Assembly (NCBI GenBank): GCA_964363475.1
Contig: CAYIII010000001.1
Span: 2,170-66,169 of the forward strand
DNA length: 64,000 bases
From: an uncultured Candidatus Saccharibacteria bacterium
GTDB taxonomy: Bacteria; Patescibacteriota; Minisyncoccia; UBA6257; UBA11618
Reading direction: 5' to 3'
Part shown: positions 8,597 to 17,525 of the stretch, piece after piece
How the letters are laid out: each line of letters opens with the position of its first letter
Position numbering within the stretch: the stretch's first letter is position 1
Position numbers and translations under genes: made by a program
Notes under the pieces: generated by a model
Databases searched by the model: none
Told to the model about the DNA's origin: nothing
The model's input: only the letters and a program-made list of their open reading frames with translations

Positions 8597-8635
8597 CTAT
8601 AACTGTTATAATAACATTATAATTAATAGTCAATT

Positions 8636-9610
8636 ATGAAAATAGCTTTGTTAATTTTGTTAATCGCCGTTGTTTCTACCGCAATTATAATTTTTTGGCC
8701 GCAAGAAAAAATCACGGTGGAAACAATTAATTTGCCGTCAAGCCCGATTACAAAACCGAATCAAATCAAAGAAATCAAAGAGGAGTTGATTAGGGGCGGA
8801 ATTGAAGAAGCCGCGACAACGCAAGAAGAGGTCTTGGAAGAAATTCCGATTAATCTGCAAAGCATTGTCGCCTTGCGTTGTATATATATAAATCCCGATA
8901 CGGGAGACAAAAGAACCGTTTTTGGGTCAGGGGCCATTGTCAGTGAAGACGGCTCTATTCTTACCGCCCGCCACATGGTGGACGCTAAATATATATATAA
9001 AGCAAGCAACGGCAAACAAGGATTTTACGGATATCAACTTAGTCATTGCGATGTTGGTTTTCCAAAGGAAACCGCAACCACGCCGACTGTTCAGCAAATA
9101 AGGTCCATCAATCCATTTATTATCATTGACTTTCTTCCTTATGTGGCTAAAATTGACTTTTTGCCGGATACTTCCGCATTAAGTCCCGCAGAAGAATCTC
9201 TGTTTGATGTTGCCCTGTTAAAAATTACCGATTTATCGGAAGACGCAAAAATTTTTGGCATAACAAAAATACCAGATTCTTTTGCATACAACACTCTTTT
9301 GGGCAATGGGTTGCCGGAAGAAGGAGAAGAGGTAATAACCTTTGGATTCCCCAGCGGAATTCCGGACTACGGGTCTTATTTCCGGCTTCAAGGCAGTGTT
9401 GGACATATTAAAAGAATCTTGGGGGGAGACCAATTTTTTAGAAATAAACCGGTAGAAATAGAAAGTTTGATGGAAACCATTGGAGGCCGCTCCGGCTCCC
9501 CCCTTTTCTGGAAAGGATATGTAATAGGAGTGGTTAGTTTTAAAGAAGACAACAGCATCAACGCTTTTGCTACAAGTATAATTCCTCTAGTTGAGGTCTT
9601 GCCGGAATAA
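8636..9610 (+). CDS. secreted or membrane-anchored trypsin-like serine protease domain protein (paralog of 2990..4312)
   Basis: N-terminal TM segment. Motifs GSGAIVSEDGSILTARHMV and GGRSGSPLFWKGYVIG. Shares FGITKIPD and FGFPS blocks with the 2990 protein. Confidence 0.6.
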   Translation: MKIALLILLIAVVSTAIIIFWPQEKITVETINLPSSPITKPNQIKEIKEELIRGGIEEAATTQEEVLEEIPINLQSIVALRCIYINPDTGDKRTVFGSGAIVSEDGSILTARHMVDAKYIYKASNGKQGFYGYQLSHCDVGFPKETATTPTVQQIRSINPFIIIDFLPYVAKIDFLPDTSALSPAEESLFDVALLKITDLSEDAKIFGITKIPDSFAYNTLLGNGLPEEGEEVITFGFPSGIPDYGSYFRLQGSVGHIKRILGGDQFFRNKPVEIESLMETIGGRSGSPLFWKGYVIGVVSFKEDNSINAFATSIIPLVEVLPE

Positions 9611-9626
9611 AAAAGGAATTCGTATT

Positions 9627-9878
9627 CTATGCAGACCTTATCCACCTGACACTTTTTACAAGAGCGATGATTGCGATAATACCCCACACAATCTGTATAG
9701 AAAAAGATGGCCACGCTTCTTGATAAAAAGTATTAATGCCAATACCTATTGCTCCAACTAAATTCATTAATTGATAAACTCTGCTACTACTCTGAACGCT
9801 TGTATATGAAACAAGAAAATATGCCAACACAATTAAAAATGCCCCTATCCAACCAACAATTTGTATAAATATTTCCAT
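9627..9878 (-). CDS. small hypothetical membrane protein (about 83 aa)
   Basis: The listed ORF continues upstream across tRNA-Arg. A start at MEIFIQIVGWIGAF avoids the overlap. Confidence 0.4.
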   Translation of the reverse strand: MEIFIQIVGWIGAFLIVLAYFLVSYTSVQSSSRVYQLMNLVGAIGIGINTFYQEAWPSFSIQIVWGIIAIIALVKSVRWIRSA

Positions 9879-9884
9879 ATATTG

Positions 9885-9956
9885 CGCCCCCTGCAGGAAT
9901 CGAACCCACATCAATGCCTTAGAAGAGCACTGCTCTGTCCATTGAGCTAAGGGGGC
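9885..9956 (-). tRNA. tRNA-Arg (anticodon TCT)
   Basis: Acceptor GCCCCCT/AGGGGGC, D-arm GCTCAATGGACAGAGC, anticodon loop CTTCTAA, T-loop TTCGATT. Confidence 0.75.
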
Positions 9957-10045
9957 GTCTGAAACAAAAATATCTAAATTTGCCACAAAAATCAAATTAA
10001 GATAGCATAATTCTATCAAGAATTCTCTCCTCAAAAAAGCGAGGA

Positions 10046-10116
10046 CGGGGTGTAGTGTAACGGCCGCACGAGTCTTTTGGGAAGATTTAGTCCGGGTTCA
10101 ATTCCCGGCACCCCGA
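10046..10116 (+). tRNA. tRNA-Pro (anticodon TGG)
   Basis: Acceptor CGGGGTG/CACCCCG, anticodon stem AGTCT/AGATT with loop TTTGGGA, T-arm CCGGGTTCAATTCCCGG. Confidence 0.7.
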
Positions 10117-10168
10117 CAGTGTTCGACAAGCCCTTCGACGCGGCTCAGGACAAGCTCACTGCAAGCAT

Positions 10169-10459
10169 ATGCAAATCAAACTAAGCAACTTCAACGAAAA
10201 TCCTACCGTTTTTATGCGCTCCTGCGGCTATTCTTTTGACAGGCAAGAAGGTGAAGAGTGGAGTTTTGCGCGCCATCTAAGCAATCAGGACTATCCCCGC
10301 TTCCACACCTACGTCCATCAAGAAAACGACAATTTAATAATCAATCTGCATCTTGACCAAAAAAAACCAAGTTACGGCACAAAATACGCCCACGGCGGAG
10401 AATACGACGGCGATTTAGTCCTGAACGAAAGTGAGCGAATCAAACTCTTCCATCGTTAA
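10169..10459 (+). CDS. hypothetical protein
   Basis: 96-aa ORF with no recognisable motif. Confidence 0.35.
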   Translation: MQIKLSNFNENPTVFMRSCGYSFDRQEGEEWSFARHLSNQDYPRFHTYVHQENDNLIINLHLDQKKPSYGTKYAHGGEYDGDLVLNESERIKLFHR

Positions 10460-11014
10460 ATTAAATTTTCTATTAAGATTATTAATGGAATTGGCTTCTT
10501 GATTGATAAGCAGAAGTAATTCTTTCAATCTATCTTCTCTATTTTGTATTTTTCCTTCAAATTTCGCTTTTAACAATTCAAATAATTGGCCCAAATGGTC
10601 GTTATAAGAAATCAAATGATTGATAATGCTTATTTCTTCTCCAACGGCTGAAGTGGCCAAAGCCCTGGCCTTTCTAGGTTTAATCGCTGATAAGGACTTA
10701 GCCATTTGGTCAAGATAATTGGATAATTTTACGGCCTCTCCTCTTGCCTTTTTGTTTCTGTCCAATTCTCGCTGAACCGTGTCAATAGCCGTTTGATAAT
10801 CTCTGCGGCTTTCATTTTGTGAAATTTGCTCTAACGCCTCAAGTGACTCGGCGGATATTTTGACTATATTTTCGGCAATGACTGCGCCCGCTATTCTGGC
10901 TTTTACGAATTCATCGGGCACGAATTTCCCTCCTCCGGCAAATTTATAAACGCCGAAGACAACCATAATCGTTAGAAACACCGAGACAAAAGCTATTTTG
11001 AACTTGTCTGACAT
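10415..11014 (-). CDS. hypothetical membrane-anchored coiled-coil protein
   Basis: N-terminal TM segment, then helical charged sequence. Confidence 0.4.
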   Translation of the reverse strand: MSDKFKIAFVSVFLTIMVVFGVYKFAGGGKFVPDEFVKARIAGAVIAENIVKISAESLEALEQISQNESRRDYQTAIDTVQRELDRNKKARGEAVKLSNYLDQMAKSLSAIKPRKARALATSAVGEEISIINHLISYNDHLGQLFELLKAKFEGKIQNREDRLKELLLLINQEANSINNLNRKFNLTMEEFDSLTFVQD

Positions 11015-11079
11015 TACAGTATATATTTATCAATTCTAGACAAAAAAGCAACAAAAGCCCTATAATCAGAAATTGCAAT

Positions 11080-11796
11080 ATGACAACCATTCTCTTCGGT
11101 CTTACAGCCACGCTATTCACTGTTTTAGGAGGTTTATTTGCCCTAAGATTCAAAGACAAGTTGCATTTAATATTGGGCTTCAGCGCTGGGGCGGTTTTAG
11201 GAGTGGCTTTTTTTGATTTACTGCCCGAAGCGATTGAATTATCAAGCAGTCAATATAACATTGGTTTTGTAACCGCCGTCGTAGCTTTGGGCTTTGTTAT
11301 TTTTATGATACTGGACCGGCTAATCGCCATTCATCCTCACGACGAGGAACCGCATCATAATCATCGTGGCAAACTTGGAGCCGGCAGTATGGCAATTCAC
11401 AGTTTTTTAGATGGATTGGCAATCGGCATAGCGTTTCAAGTGTCATCGGCCGTAGGACTTGTCGTGGCTATGGCGGTTTTAGTCCACGATTTTTCTGACG
11501 GCATTAATACGGTTGGTTTTATCATTAAAAATAAAGGCACATCTAAGCAGGCCTTAGGTTGGCTAGCATTAGACGCCATCGCTCCCACACTAGGAGCTTT
11601 TTCAACCCTGTTTTTTTCTCTTACTGAAACTACGCTGGGTTTAGCGCTGGCAATTTTCTGCGGTTTCTTTTTATATATTGGAGCCAGCGACCTTTTGCCG
11701 GAAAGCTATCATCATCACCCCACGCTCTGGACAACCACTATGACTATTTTGGGCGTACTAGTTCTTTTTGCGGTCATTAAGCTTGCGGGTTTGTAA
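11080..11796 (+). CDS. ZIP family metal (zinc) transporter
   Basis: His-rich loop (HPHDEEPHHNHRG) and conserved HSFLDGLAIG / VHDFSDG motifs. Confidence 0.75.
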   Translation: MTTILFGLTATLFTVLGGLFALRFKDKLHLILGFSAGAVLGVAFFDLLPEAIELSSSQYNIGFVTAVVALGFVIFMILDRLIAIHPHDEEPHHNHRGKLGAGSMAIHSFLDGLAIGIAFQVSSAVGLVVAMAVLVHDFSDGINTVGFIIKNKGTSKQALGWLALDAIAPTLGAFSTLFFSLTETTLGLALAIFCGFFLYIGASDLLPESYHHHPTLWTTTMTILGVLVLFAVIKLAGL

Positions 11797-11820
11797 AAAA
11801 ATAGCCATAATAATCTTATA

Positions 11821-11979
11821 ATGAATAAATTAGTTGTGGCCGCGGCATTATTGGCAATGTTGGCAGTAACCGTTTATATATATTACTTCAACGTTGAGTC
11901 GCCCCTCCCGACTTCGGTGGAATCGCTGGAAGGACTGCCGGAGGAACTTGACTCTTTGCTAAACGAACAGGGTAACTAA
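11821..11979 (+). CDS. small hypothetical membrane-anchored protein (52 aa)
   Basis: ORF MNKLVVAAALLAMLAVTVYIYYF... in an intergenic gap. Below the ORF-track size cut-off. Confidence 0.3.
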   Translation: MNKLVVAAALLAMLAVTVYIYYFNVESPLPTSVESLEGLPEELDSLLNEQGN

Positions 11980-12000
11980 CCTTAATTCCGTTCGTTCTAT

Positions 12001-12537
12001 ATGCTAGAAGAGGAAGATAAATTAATAAAAAAAGCGCAAAAAGGCGAAGCGGAGTCATTTGGCATATTATACGACCATTACTCCAGCCCAATTTATCGGT
12101 TTATATTTCTTAAAGTAAATAATAAATCGTTAGCCGAAGATTTATTCCACGAAGTATTTCTTAGCGCTTGGCAGAACATTAATAATTACAGCCACAAAGG
12201 ATTCCCCTTCTCAAGCTGGCTTTATCAAATAGCGCGAAATAGGGTTATAGATTATTACCGCACCAAAAAGGACTTTACCGAAATCAGCGACGAGGAGGAC
12301 CGCTTTATAACTTTAACCGCTGAAAATGTGATTGACCACAGCTTGAATATGGAAAAAATTAAGGGAGCGCTAGACCAGCTATCCGAAGAGCAGAGCAATG
12401 TCATCATCTTGAGATTTATCAATGATTTATCGCCTGCTGAAATTGCCCTGGTTTTGAATAAAAGCGAAGGCGCGGTACGGCTGATGCAACATAGAGCCAT
12501 AGCAAATTTGAAAAAAATATTAAACAAAAAATTATGA
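12001..12537 (+). CDS. ECF-type RNA polymerase sigma factor (sigma-70 family)
   Basis: Region 2-like FLSAWQNINNY and a region-4 HTH (LSPAEIALVLNKSEGAVRLMQHRAIANLKK). Confidence 0.75.
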   Translation: MLEEEDKLIKKAQKGEAESFGILYDHYSSPIYRFIFLKVNNKSLAEDLFHEVFLSAWQNINNYSHKGFPFSSWLYQIARNRVIDYYRTKKDFTEISDEEDRFITLTAENVIDHSLNMEKIKGALDQLSEEQSNVIILRFINDLSPAEIALVLNKSEGAVRLMQHRAIANLKKILNKKL

Positions 12538-12968
12538 GCTACGATTATCTGCTGGAATATTTAAAATCTCTAAAATCCATCAATCCTGATAGTGATTTTT
12601 TGTCGCGTTCCCGCAATTTAATTTTAAACCAACCCAAAAGGCCTGCTTATGTTTTTCATGTTAGAAATCAATTTTTAAATGTATTTAAATTTTCCTTGGC
12701 CATTGGCCTGTCATTGATTATGTTTTTGTCTTTGAGCGGCAAACTGTTCCCTAAAAATAATATCTTCGTCGCCAGTTTAAATAATAAAAATTTGATTAAG
12801 GAAAGCTTAAAGGCGGATATCAACATCCAATTGGCGGAAGTTAAATATTACAAAGAAACAAGCGCCCAGGTAACTTGGGCTTTAAGCGAAATCATTAACA
12901 ATGAAAATAACGCCGCAATTACCCGCTTGTTAAAAGAAAAAGCGCGCGAAAATGATGAGAATCCTTAA
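12534..12968 (+). CDS. hypothetical membrane protein, possible anti-sigma factor
   Basis: Immediately downstream of the ECF sigma gene with a 4-nt overlap; single TM segment. Call is by position only. Confidence 0.35.
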   Translation: MSYDYLLEYLKSLKSINPDSDFLSRSRNLILNQPKRPAYVFHVRNQFLNVFKFSLAIGLSLIMFLSLSGKLFPKNNIFVASLNNKNLIKESLKADINIQLAEVKYYKETSAQVTWALSEIINNENNAAITRLLKEKARENDENP

Positions 12969-13713
12969 TGCTATATTTATCCTTTTTCTCCTCGTTATAG
13001 GGCCGACCGTTCACGCAAAAAGTTTAAAACCCGCTCTTAATGACGTAATAGAAAGCTTGGAGCAATTAATCGCTATTAAAAATAGCGAAAATTATTTGTC
13101 GTCGGATGAAAAAGCCAATATAGAGGTTGAGGCAAGAAAAACCGCCCTAAATAAAATTCTTGAATTGTCCATAGAAGAAGTAAAAAATCTGAAAGATAAA
13201 TTGGAGCAATTTGACGATTTTTCCAGCGAAGAAATCGGCTTATTGAATCAAAACCACATAAACGCCCTCTCTGATTACGAATCCTACTACGAATCAATCC
13301 GTCAACAAGTTAATCAAAATATCGGCCTAAGCGAGGTTGTAGATTTAGCGCGAAAGTTAAAAAGTTGGCGAGAAAATAATTATCATAAAAAAATTAATAA
13401 AATAGCCAGCTTTGTTTTAGTTTTTCAAAATCAAGAAACGCTAAAAACGGCGGAAAATAGGTTAAATAAAATACTTAGGGACTCTAAAGCCATTAAAAGC
13501 TTGGTAAAAACAACGAAGTGGGGTGAAGTTGATAAGCTGTTAGAAGTAGCGGAAAAATTAATTAAAGAAGCCAAAAAAATTAATAATGACGCGCAAAATT
13601 TCTCTTTGGACTTGGAAACAGAATCTCTTATTAAAAAAGCAACGCAGAATATCATTGAGGCATATCAAGGATTTATAACTCTCGGTAAATTAGTAAATAA
13701 TAATCCTCGCTAA
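12952..13713 (+). CDS. hypothetical secreted coiled-coil protein
   Basis: N-terminal signal-like segment, Lys/Glu-rich helical sequence. Confidence 0.4.
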   Translation: MMRILNAIFILFLLVIGPTVHAKSLKPALNDVIESLEQLIAIKNSENYLSSDEKANIEVEARKTALNKILELSIEEVKNLKDKLEQFDDFSSEEIGLLNQNHINALSDYESYYESIRQQVNQNIGLSEVVDLARKLKSWRENNYHKKINKIASFVLVFQNQETLKTAENRLNKILRDSKAIKSLVKTTKWGEVDKLLEVAEKLIKEAKKINNDAQNFSLDLETESLIKKATQNIIEAYQGFITLGKLVNNNPR

Positions 13714-13731
13714 TTAGCGAGGATTATTATT
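13702..13731. terminator. bidirectional intrinsic terminator hairpin between convergent genes
   Basis: Perfect inverted repeat AATAATCCTCGCT-AATT-AGCGAGGATTATT with T/A-rich flanks on both strands. Confidence 0.6.
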
Positions 13732-13754
13732 TACTATCAAATTAATACTAATAA

Positions 13755-14030
13755 TTATTTAACGGCTTCTTTAAAAAGCTTTCCTGCTCTAAATTTTGGC
13801 TTGGTTGAAGCGCCGATTTTAATCTTTTCTCCCGTTTTAGGATTAACGCCCATTCTTTCAGCTCTTTTAACCACCTTAAAGGTGCCGAATCCCGGAAAAG
13901 AGACCTCACCTCCGCTGGCTAATGTCTTCAAAATTAAATCTAAAAATGCGTCCACCGCTTCTACCGCCTTTTTCTTGCTTTCTAAACCTATAGCGGTCAT
14001 AAACGATTGAGCAAACTCAACTTTTTTCAT
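13755..14030 (-). CDS. hup: DNA-binding protein HU
   Basis: 91 aa with the HU signature (GFGTFKVVKRAERMGVNPKTGEKIKI). Confidence 0.9.
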   Translation of the reverse strand: MKKVEFAQSFMTAIGLESKKKAVEAVDAFLDLILKTLASGGEVSFPGFGTFKVVKRAERMGVNPKTGEKIKIGASTKPKFRAGKLFKEAVK

Positions 14031-14090
14031 AATAAATATACTACTTTTTATTAACGACCTTTCTTTTTCTTAAATTTAATAATATAGCAT

Positions 14091-15614
14091 TTACCTAGCA
14101 AATTCAACCGCTCTAACCTCCCTAATGATATTAACCTTAATTTCGCCCGGGTACTTAAGTTCTGATTGAATCTTGCCGGCAATGTCTTTAGCTAATTGCA
14201 GAGCGCCAAAGTCATCAACTTTTTCTGGAATGACAAATACCCTGATTTCTCTGCCGGCAGAAATGGCATAAGCGCTTTTGACACCTTCAAAGCCAGTGGC
14301 AATTTTTTCTAAATCCCCCAAACGCTTCAAGTAACTTTCCGCACTATCACGCCTCGCTCCGGGCCTTGCCCCAGACAAAACATCAGCGGCGGTAACAATA
14401 AAGGCCTCGGGAATGGCGTAAGGATATTCATCATGGTGGGCCTCCATTGCTTTAATGACTAAATCATTAACTCCGTATTTTTTAAGCATTTTTCTTCCCA
14501 ATTCAACATGCGTTCCGGGAACTTCATGGTCAATTGCCTTGCCAAGGTCATGAAGCAAGGCGCCTTTTTTGGTAACCTCAACATTCAATCCCAACTCTGT
14601 CGCCATCATGCCGGCAATGTGCGCCATTTCAACGGAATGAGCCAGAACATTCTGGCCGTAACTTGTGCGAAAATGTAATCTGCCAAGCACCTGTAAAATT
14701 TCCTTGGGCAAGTCAACTATGCCCAACTCATAAGCTGCCGCCTCCCCGTATTCCTGAATTTTTTTATTTAATTCTTGACGGGCCTCTTCCACCTTCTCTT
14801 CTATTTTGGCCGGTTGAATGCGCCCGTCCTTAATTAACTTTTCCAAAGACATTCGGGTCAGCTCTCTTCTCATACCGTCAAAAGACGAAATAACTATGGT
14901 CTCTGGGCTTTCATCAACAATAATTTCCGTACCGGTTAATCTTTCCAATGCCCTGATGTTGCGGCCTTCTCTTCCGATAATTTTCCCTTTCAAATCTTCG
15001 TTGGGAAGCGTAAAAACGCTTGTGCTTAATTCTGAAACGCTGGCGCGGGCATAACGTTGAAGAGCCGTAGTTATAATTTCCGCGCTTTTCTTTTCAATTT
15101 CATCTCTGCGGTCTCTTTCCATCTTTTGTATGGTAAGAGCCAAGTCCCTTTTATATTCCTCCTGCAATTGGTCAAAAAGCCGCTGTTTCGCCTCCGCCGC
15201 CGTTAAACCGGCTATTCTCTCCAAACTGTCCGAGGCCTGCTTTCTCAACTTCTCAATCTCGCTTTTCTCAAACTGAAAATCAGCTAATTTTTTATTTAAT
15301 TGCCCTTCTTTGGATAAAAAGTCCCTATTTTGATGCTCTAAAAATTCTTCTTTCTTAAGAAGACGCTCTTCAATTTTGTTAAGCTGGCCCTTTCGCTCTC
15401 TTTCTTCTTTTTGAACTTCCTCAAGAAGAGCGGTGGATTTCTCTTTGGCGTTCGAAACTAGCTCTCTGGCTTCATTTTTGGCCTCTTCAACTTGAACTTT
15501 AAGCTTCTGCTCTAAAGAGTTTGCCTGGCGAGCGGAAAACAGTTGTCGAACAAAATACCCGACAATGGCGCCCAACAACAAGACGCCCCCCAGTAATAGT
15601 AGGATTGAATTCAT
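14091..15614 (-). CDS. rny: ribonuclease Y
   Basis: N-terminal TM segment, coiled coil, KH domain (GKIIGREGRNIRALE), HD domain (HSVEMAHIAGMMA..LLHDLGK). Confidence 0.9.
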   Translation of the reverse strand: MNSILLLLGGVLLLGAIVGYFVRQLFSARQANSLEQKLKVQVEEAKNEARELVSNAKEKSTALLEEVQKEERERKGQLNKIEERLLKKEEFLEHQNRDFLSKEGQLNKKLADFQFEKSEIEKLRKQASDSLERIAGLTAAEAKQRLFDQLQEEYKRDLALTIQKMERDRRDEIEKKSAEIITTALQRYARASVSELSTSVFTLPNEDLKGKIIGREGRNIRALERLTGTEIIVDESPETIVISSFDGMRRELTRMSLEKLIKDGRIQPAKIEEKVEEARQELNKKIQEYGEAAAYELGIVDLPKEILQVLGRLHFRTSYGQNVLAHSVEMAHIAGMMATELGLNVEVTKKGALLHDLGKAIDHEVPGTHVELGRKMLKKYGVNDLVIKAMEAHHDEYPYAIPEAFIVTAADVLSGARPGARRDSAESYLKRLGDLEKIATGFEGVKSAYAISAGREIRVFVIPEKVDDFGALQLAKDIAGKIQSELKYPGEIKVNIIREVRAVEFAR

Positions 15615-15681
15615 AAATAAAATTATTTATATTGGTTAACATTCGATTTGTTTAGCTATATTATACTACAATAATAATTGT

Positions 15682-17226
15682 ATGTCAAAAAGAACCGTTG
15701 TATTGATTGTGCTTGATGGCTGGGGAATCGGCTATGATAATTTTACCAATCCGATTTATATCGCCAATCTTGAGAACATAAACCACATAAAAAGCAATTA
15801 TTTAACCGGATCGCTTCAGGCGTCGGGAATTGCAGTTGGTCTTCCGTGGGGAGAAGAGGGAAACAGTGAAACGGGACATTTAACAATTGGGGCGGGCAAG
15901 GTAATTTACCAGCATTTCCCTCGCATTACCTTATCCATTCGCGACGGCAGTTTTTTTCAAAACAAAGTTTTACTGGAAGCTCTGAATCACGCCGTAAAGA
16001 ATCAATCAGCGGTCAATTTAGTGGGAGTTTTAGCCGAAGGAAATATTCATTCGTCATTAGAACATTTACTGACTTTGATTGAGTTTTCCCAAAAAATCGG
16101 GGCTAAGAAAATTAATCTTCATTTATTCAGCGATGACAAAGACAGCGCTCCAAAGTCCATTCTTAAATTGTTGGAAATAATATCAGACAAGCAAGCTAAA
16201 TTAGCCACTCTGTCGGGGAAATATTATGCCATGGACAGAGACCATCACTGGGAAAGAACAAATCAGGCCTATGACGCATTATTAGGAAAAGGAACGCCTG
16301 TTGCGGACATTAAAGAACATATTAATAATCAATACAAAAGGGACTTAACGGATGAATATCTGGAGCCAACTATCGTGGGACCGGAAATCAATTCAATTAA
16401 AGACAATGATTCCGTAATTTTCTTTAATTATAGGGAAGACAGCATCCGCCAAATCGTATCGCCTTTCGCGCTGAAAGATTTTAAGGAATTTCCGATAACG
16501 CCTCTAAAAAATATTTATTTGGCGACTATGACTCAATATTCCGATAAATTTGACGCCAATGTGATGTTTCCGCCGGAAAAAATTGAAAATTCGTTGGGAG
16601 TTGTATTAGCGGAAAATAATAAACTACAACTCCGAATCGCGGAAACGGAAAAATACGCTCATGTAACTTATTTCTTTAATGGCTTGAAAGATGTGCTGTT
16701 AAAAAATGAATATAGAATTTTAGTGCCTTCCAGAAATTTAGCCCGCCACGACGAACACCCCGAAATGATGGCTGAAGAAGTAAGCAATCGCGTAATGCAA
16801 GCCATAGAAGATGGCGACATTGACTTTATATTGGCAAACTTTGCCAATGCCGACATTATTGCCCATACGGGCAACTTTGACGCCACCGTTAAGGCCGTCA
16901 AGGTGATTGACTTGGAAATAGGAAAAATAATTAAAACTGCTTTAGCGCGCGATGGCATCGTTATGATAACTTCCGACCACGGAAACGCGGAACAAATGAT
17001 AAGCCCCTTAACAGGCCTGCCGGAAACCAAACACGACCCTAATCTGGTGCCCGTTTACTTGGTGGGAAAAGAATTCGTAAAAATAAAAAATAAGTCCGAA
17101 ATTTCAAGAATAGAAAATGAAGCGGTGGGAATATTGAGCGACATAGCGCCAACTGTTTTAGAATTACTGAAAATAGCAAAACCTGCGGAAATGAGTGGCG
17201 AAAGTCTTATCGGAAGATTAGAATAA
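15682..17226 (+). CDS. gpmI: 2,3-bisphosphoglycerate-independent phosphoglycerate mutase
   Basis: VVLIVLDGWG start and SDHGNAE metal-binding motif. Confidence 0.88.
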   Translation: MSKRTVVLIVLDGWGIGYDNFTNPIYIANLENINHIKSNYLTGSLQASGIAVGLPWGEEGNSETGHLTIGAGKVIYQHFPRITLSIRDGSFFQNKVLLEALNHAVKNQSAVNLVGVLAEGNIHSSLEHLLTLIEFSQKIGAKKINLHLFSDDKDSAPKSILKLLEIISDKQAKLATLSGKYYAMDRDHHWERTNQAYDALLGKGTPVADIKEHINNQYKRDLTDEYLEPTIVGPEINSIKDNDSVIFFNYREDSIRQIVSPFALKDFKEFPITPLKNIYLATMTQYSDKFDANVMFPPEKIENSLGVVLAENNKLQLRIAETEKYAHVTYFFNGLKDVLLKNEYRILVPSRNLARHDEHPEMMAEEVSNRVMQAIEDGDIDFILANFANADIIAHTGNFDATVKAVKVIDLEIGKIIKTALARDGIVMITSDHGNAEQMISPLTGLPETKHDPNLVPVYLVGKEFVKIKNKSEISRIENEAVGILSDIAPTVLELLKIAKPAEMSGESLIGRLE

Positions 17227-17244
17227 TCAATTTTTAATTATATT

Positions 17245-17468
17245 GGAACTTGGTGCTTGAGATTTTATTAGGTTAATTAGAGTAATTAGAAATTAGAAAT
17301 TAACCTAATTAATCTAATAAAACCCCAAATCTCAATAACCAAATCCCAATAAAATCTTAAAATCACAAATCCCAACATTGGACCTTGGGGTTTGGGGCTT
17401 TGTTGGGATTTGGAACTTGGTGCTTGAGATTTTATTAGGTTAATTAGAGTAATTAGAAATTAGAAATT
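17245..17468. repeat. Complex intergenic repeat. Two identical 57-bp direct repeats (17245-17301, 17412-17468) flank a 110-bp segment rich in CAAATCCCAA / TTGGGATTTGG motifs. Each 57-mer has an internal inverted repeat
   Basis: Direct reading. ggaacttggtgcttgagattttattaggttaattagagtaattagaaattagaaatt occurs twice; 17262-17280 is complementary to 17303-17321; ccccaaa/tttgggg pairing is possible. Confidence 0.7.
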
Positions 17469-17525
17469 TTGTAAGGTGGACATTTATTTGACCAAAACGT
17501 CAAATTACCTTAAAATATCGGTTCA

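Noticed and set aside
9627-10034. 135-aa version of the minus-strand ORF
   Set aside because: Its upstream part is a translation straight across tRNA-Arg (9885..9956). Only the distal 83 codons (start at 9878) are plausible.
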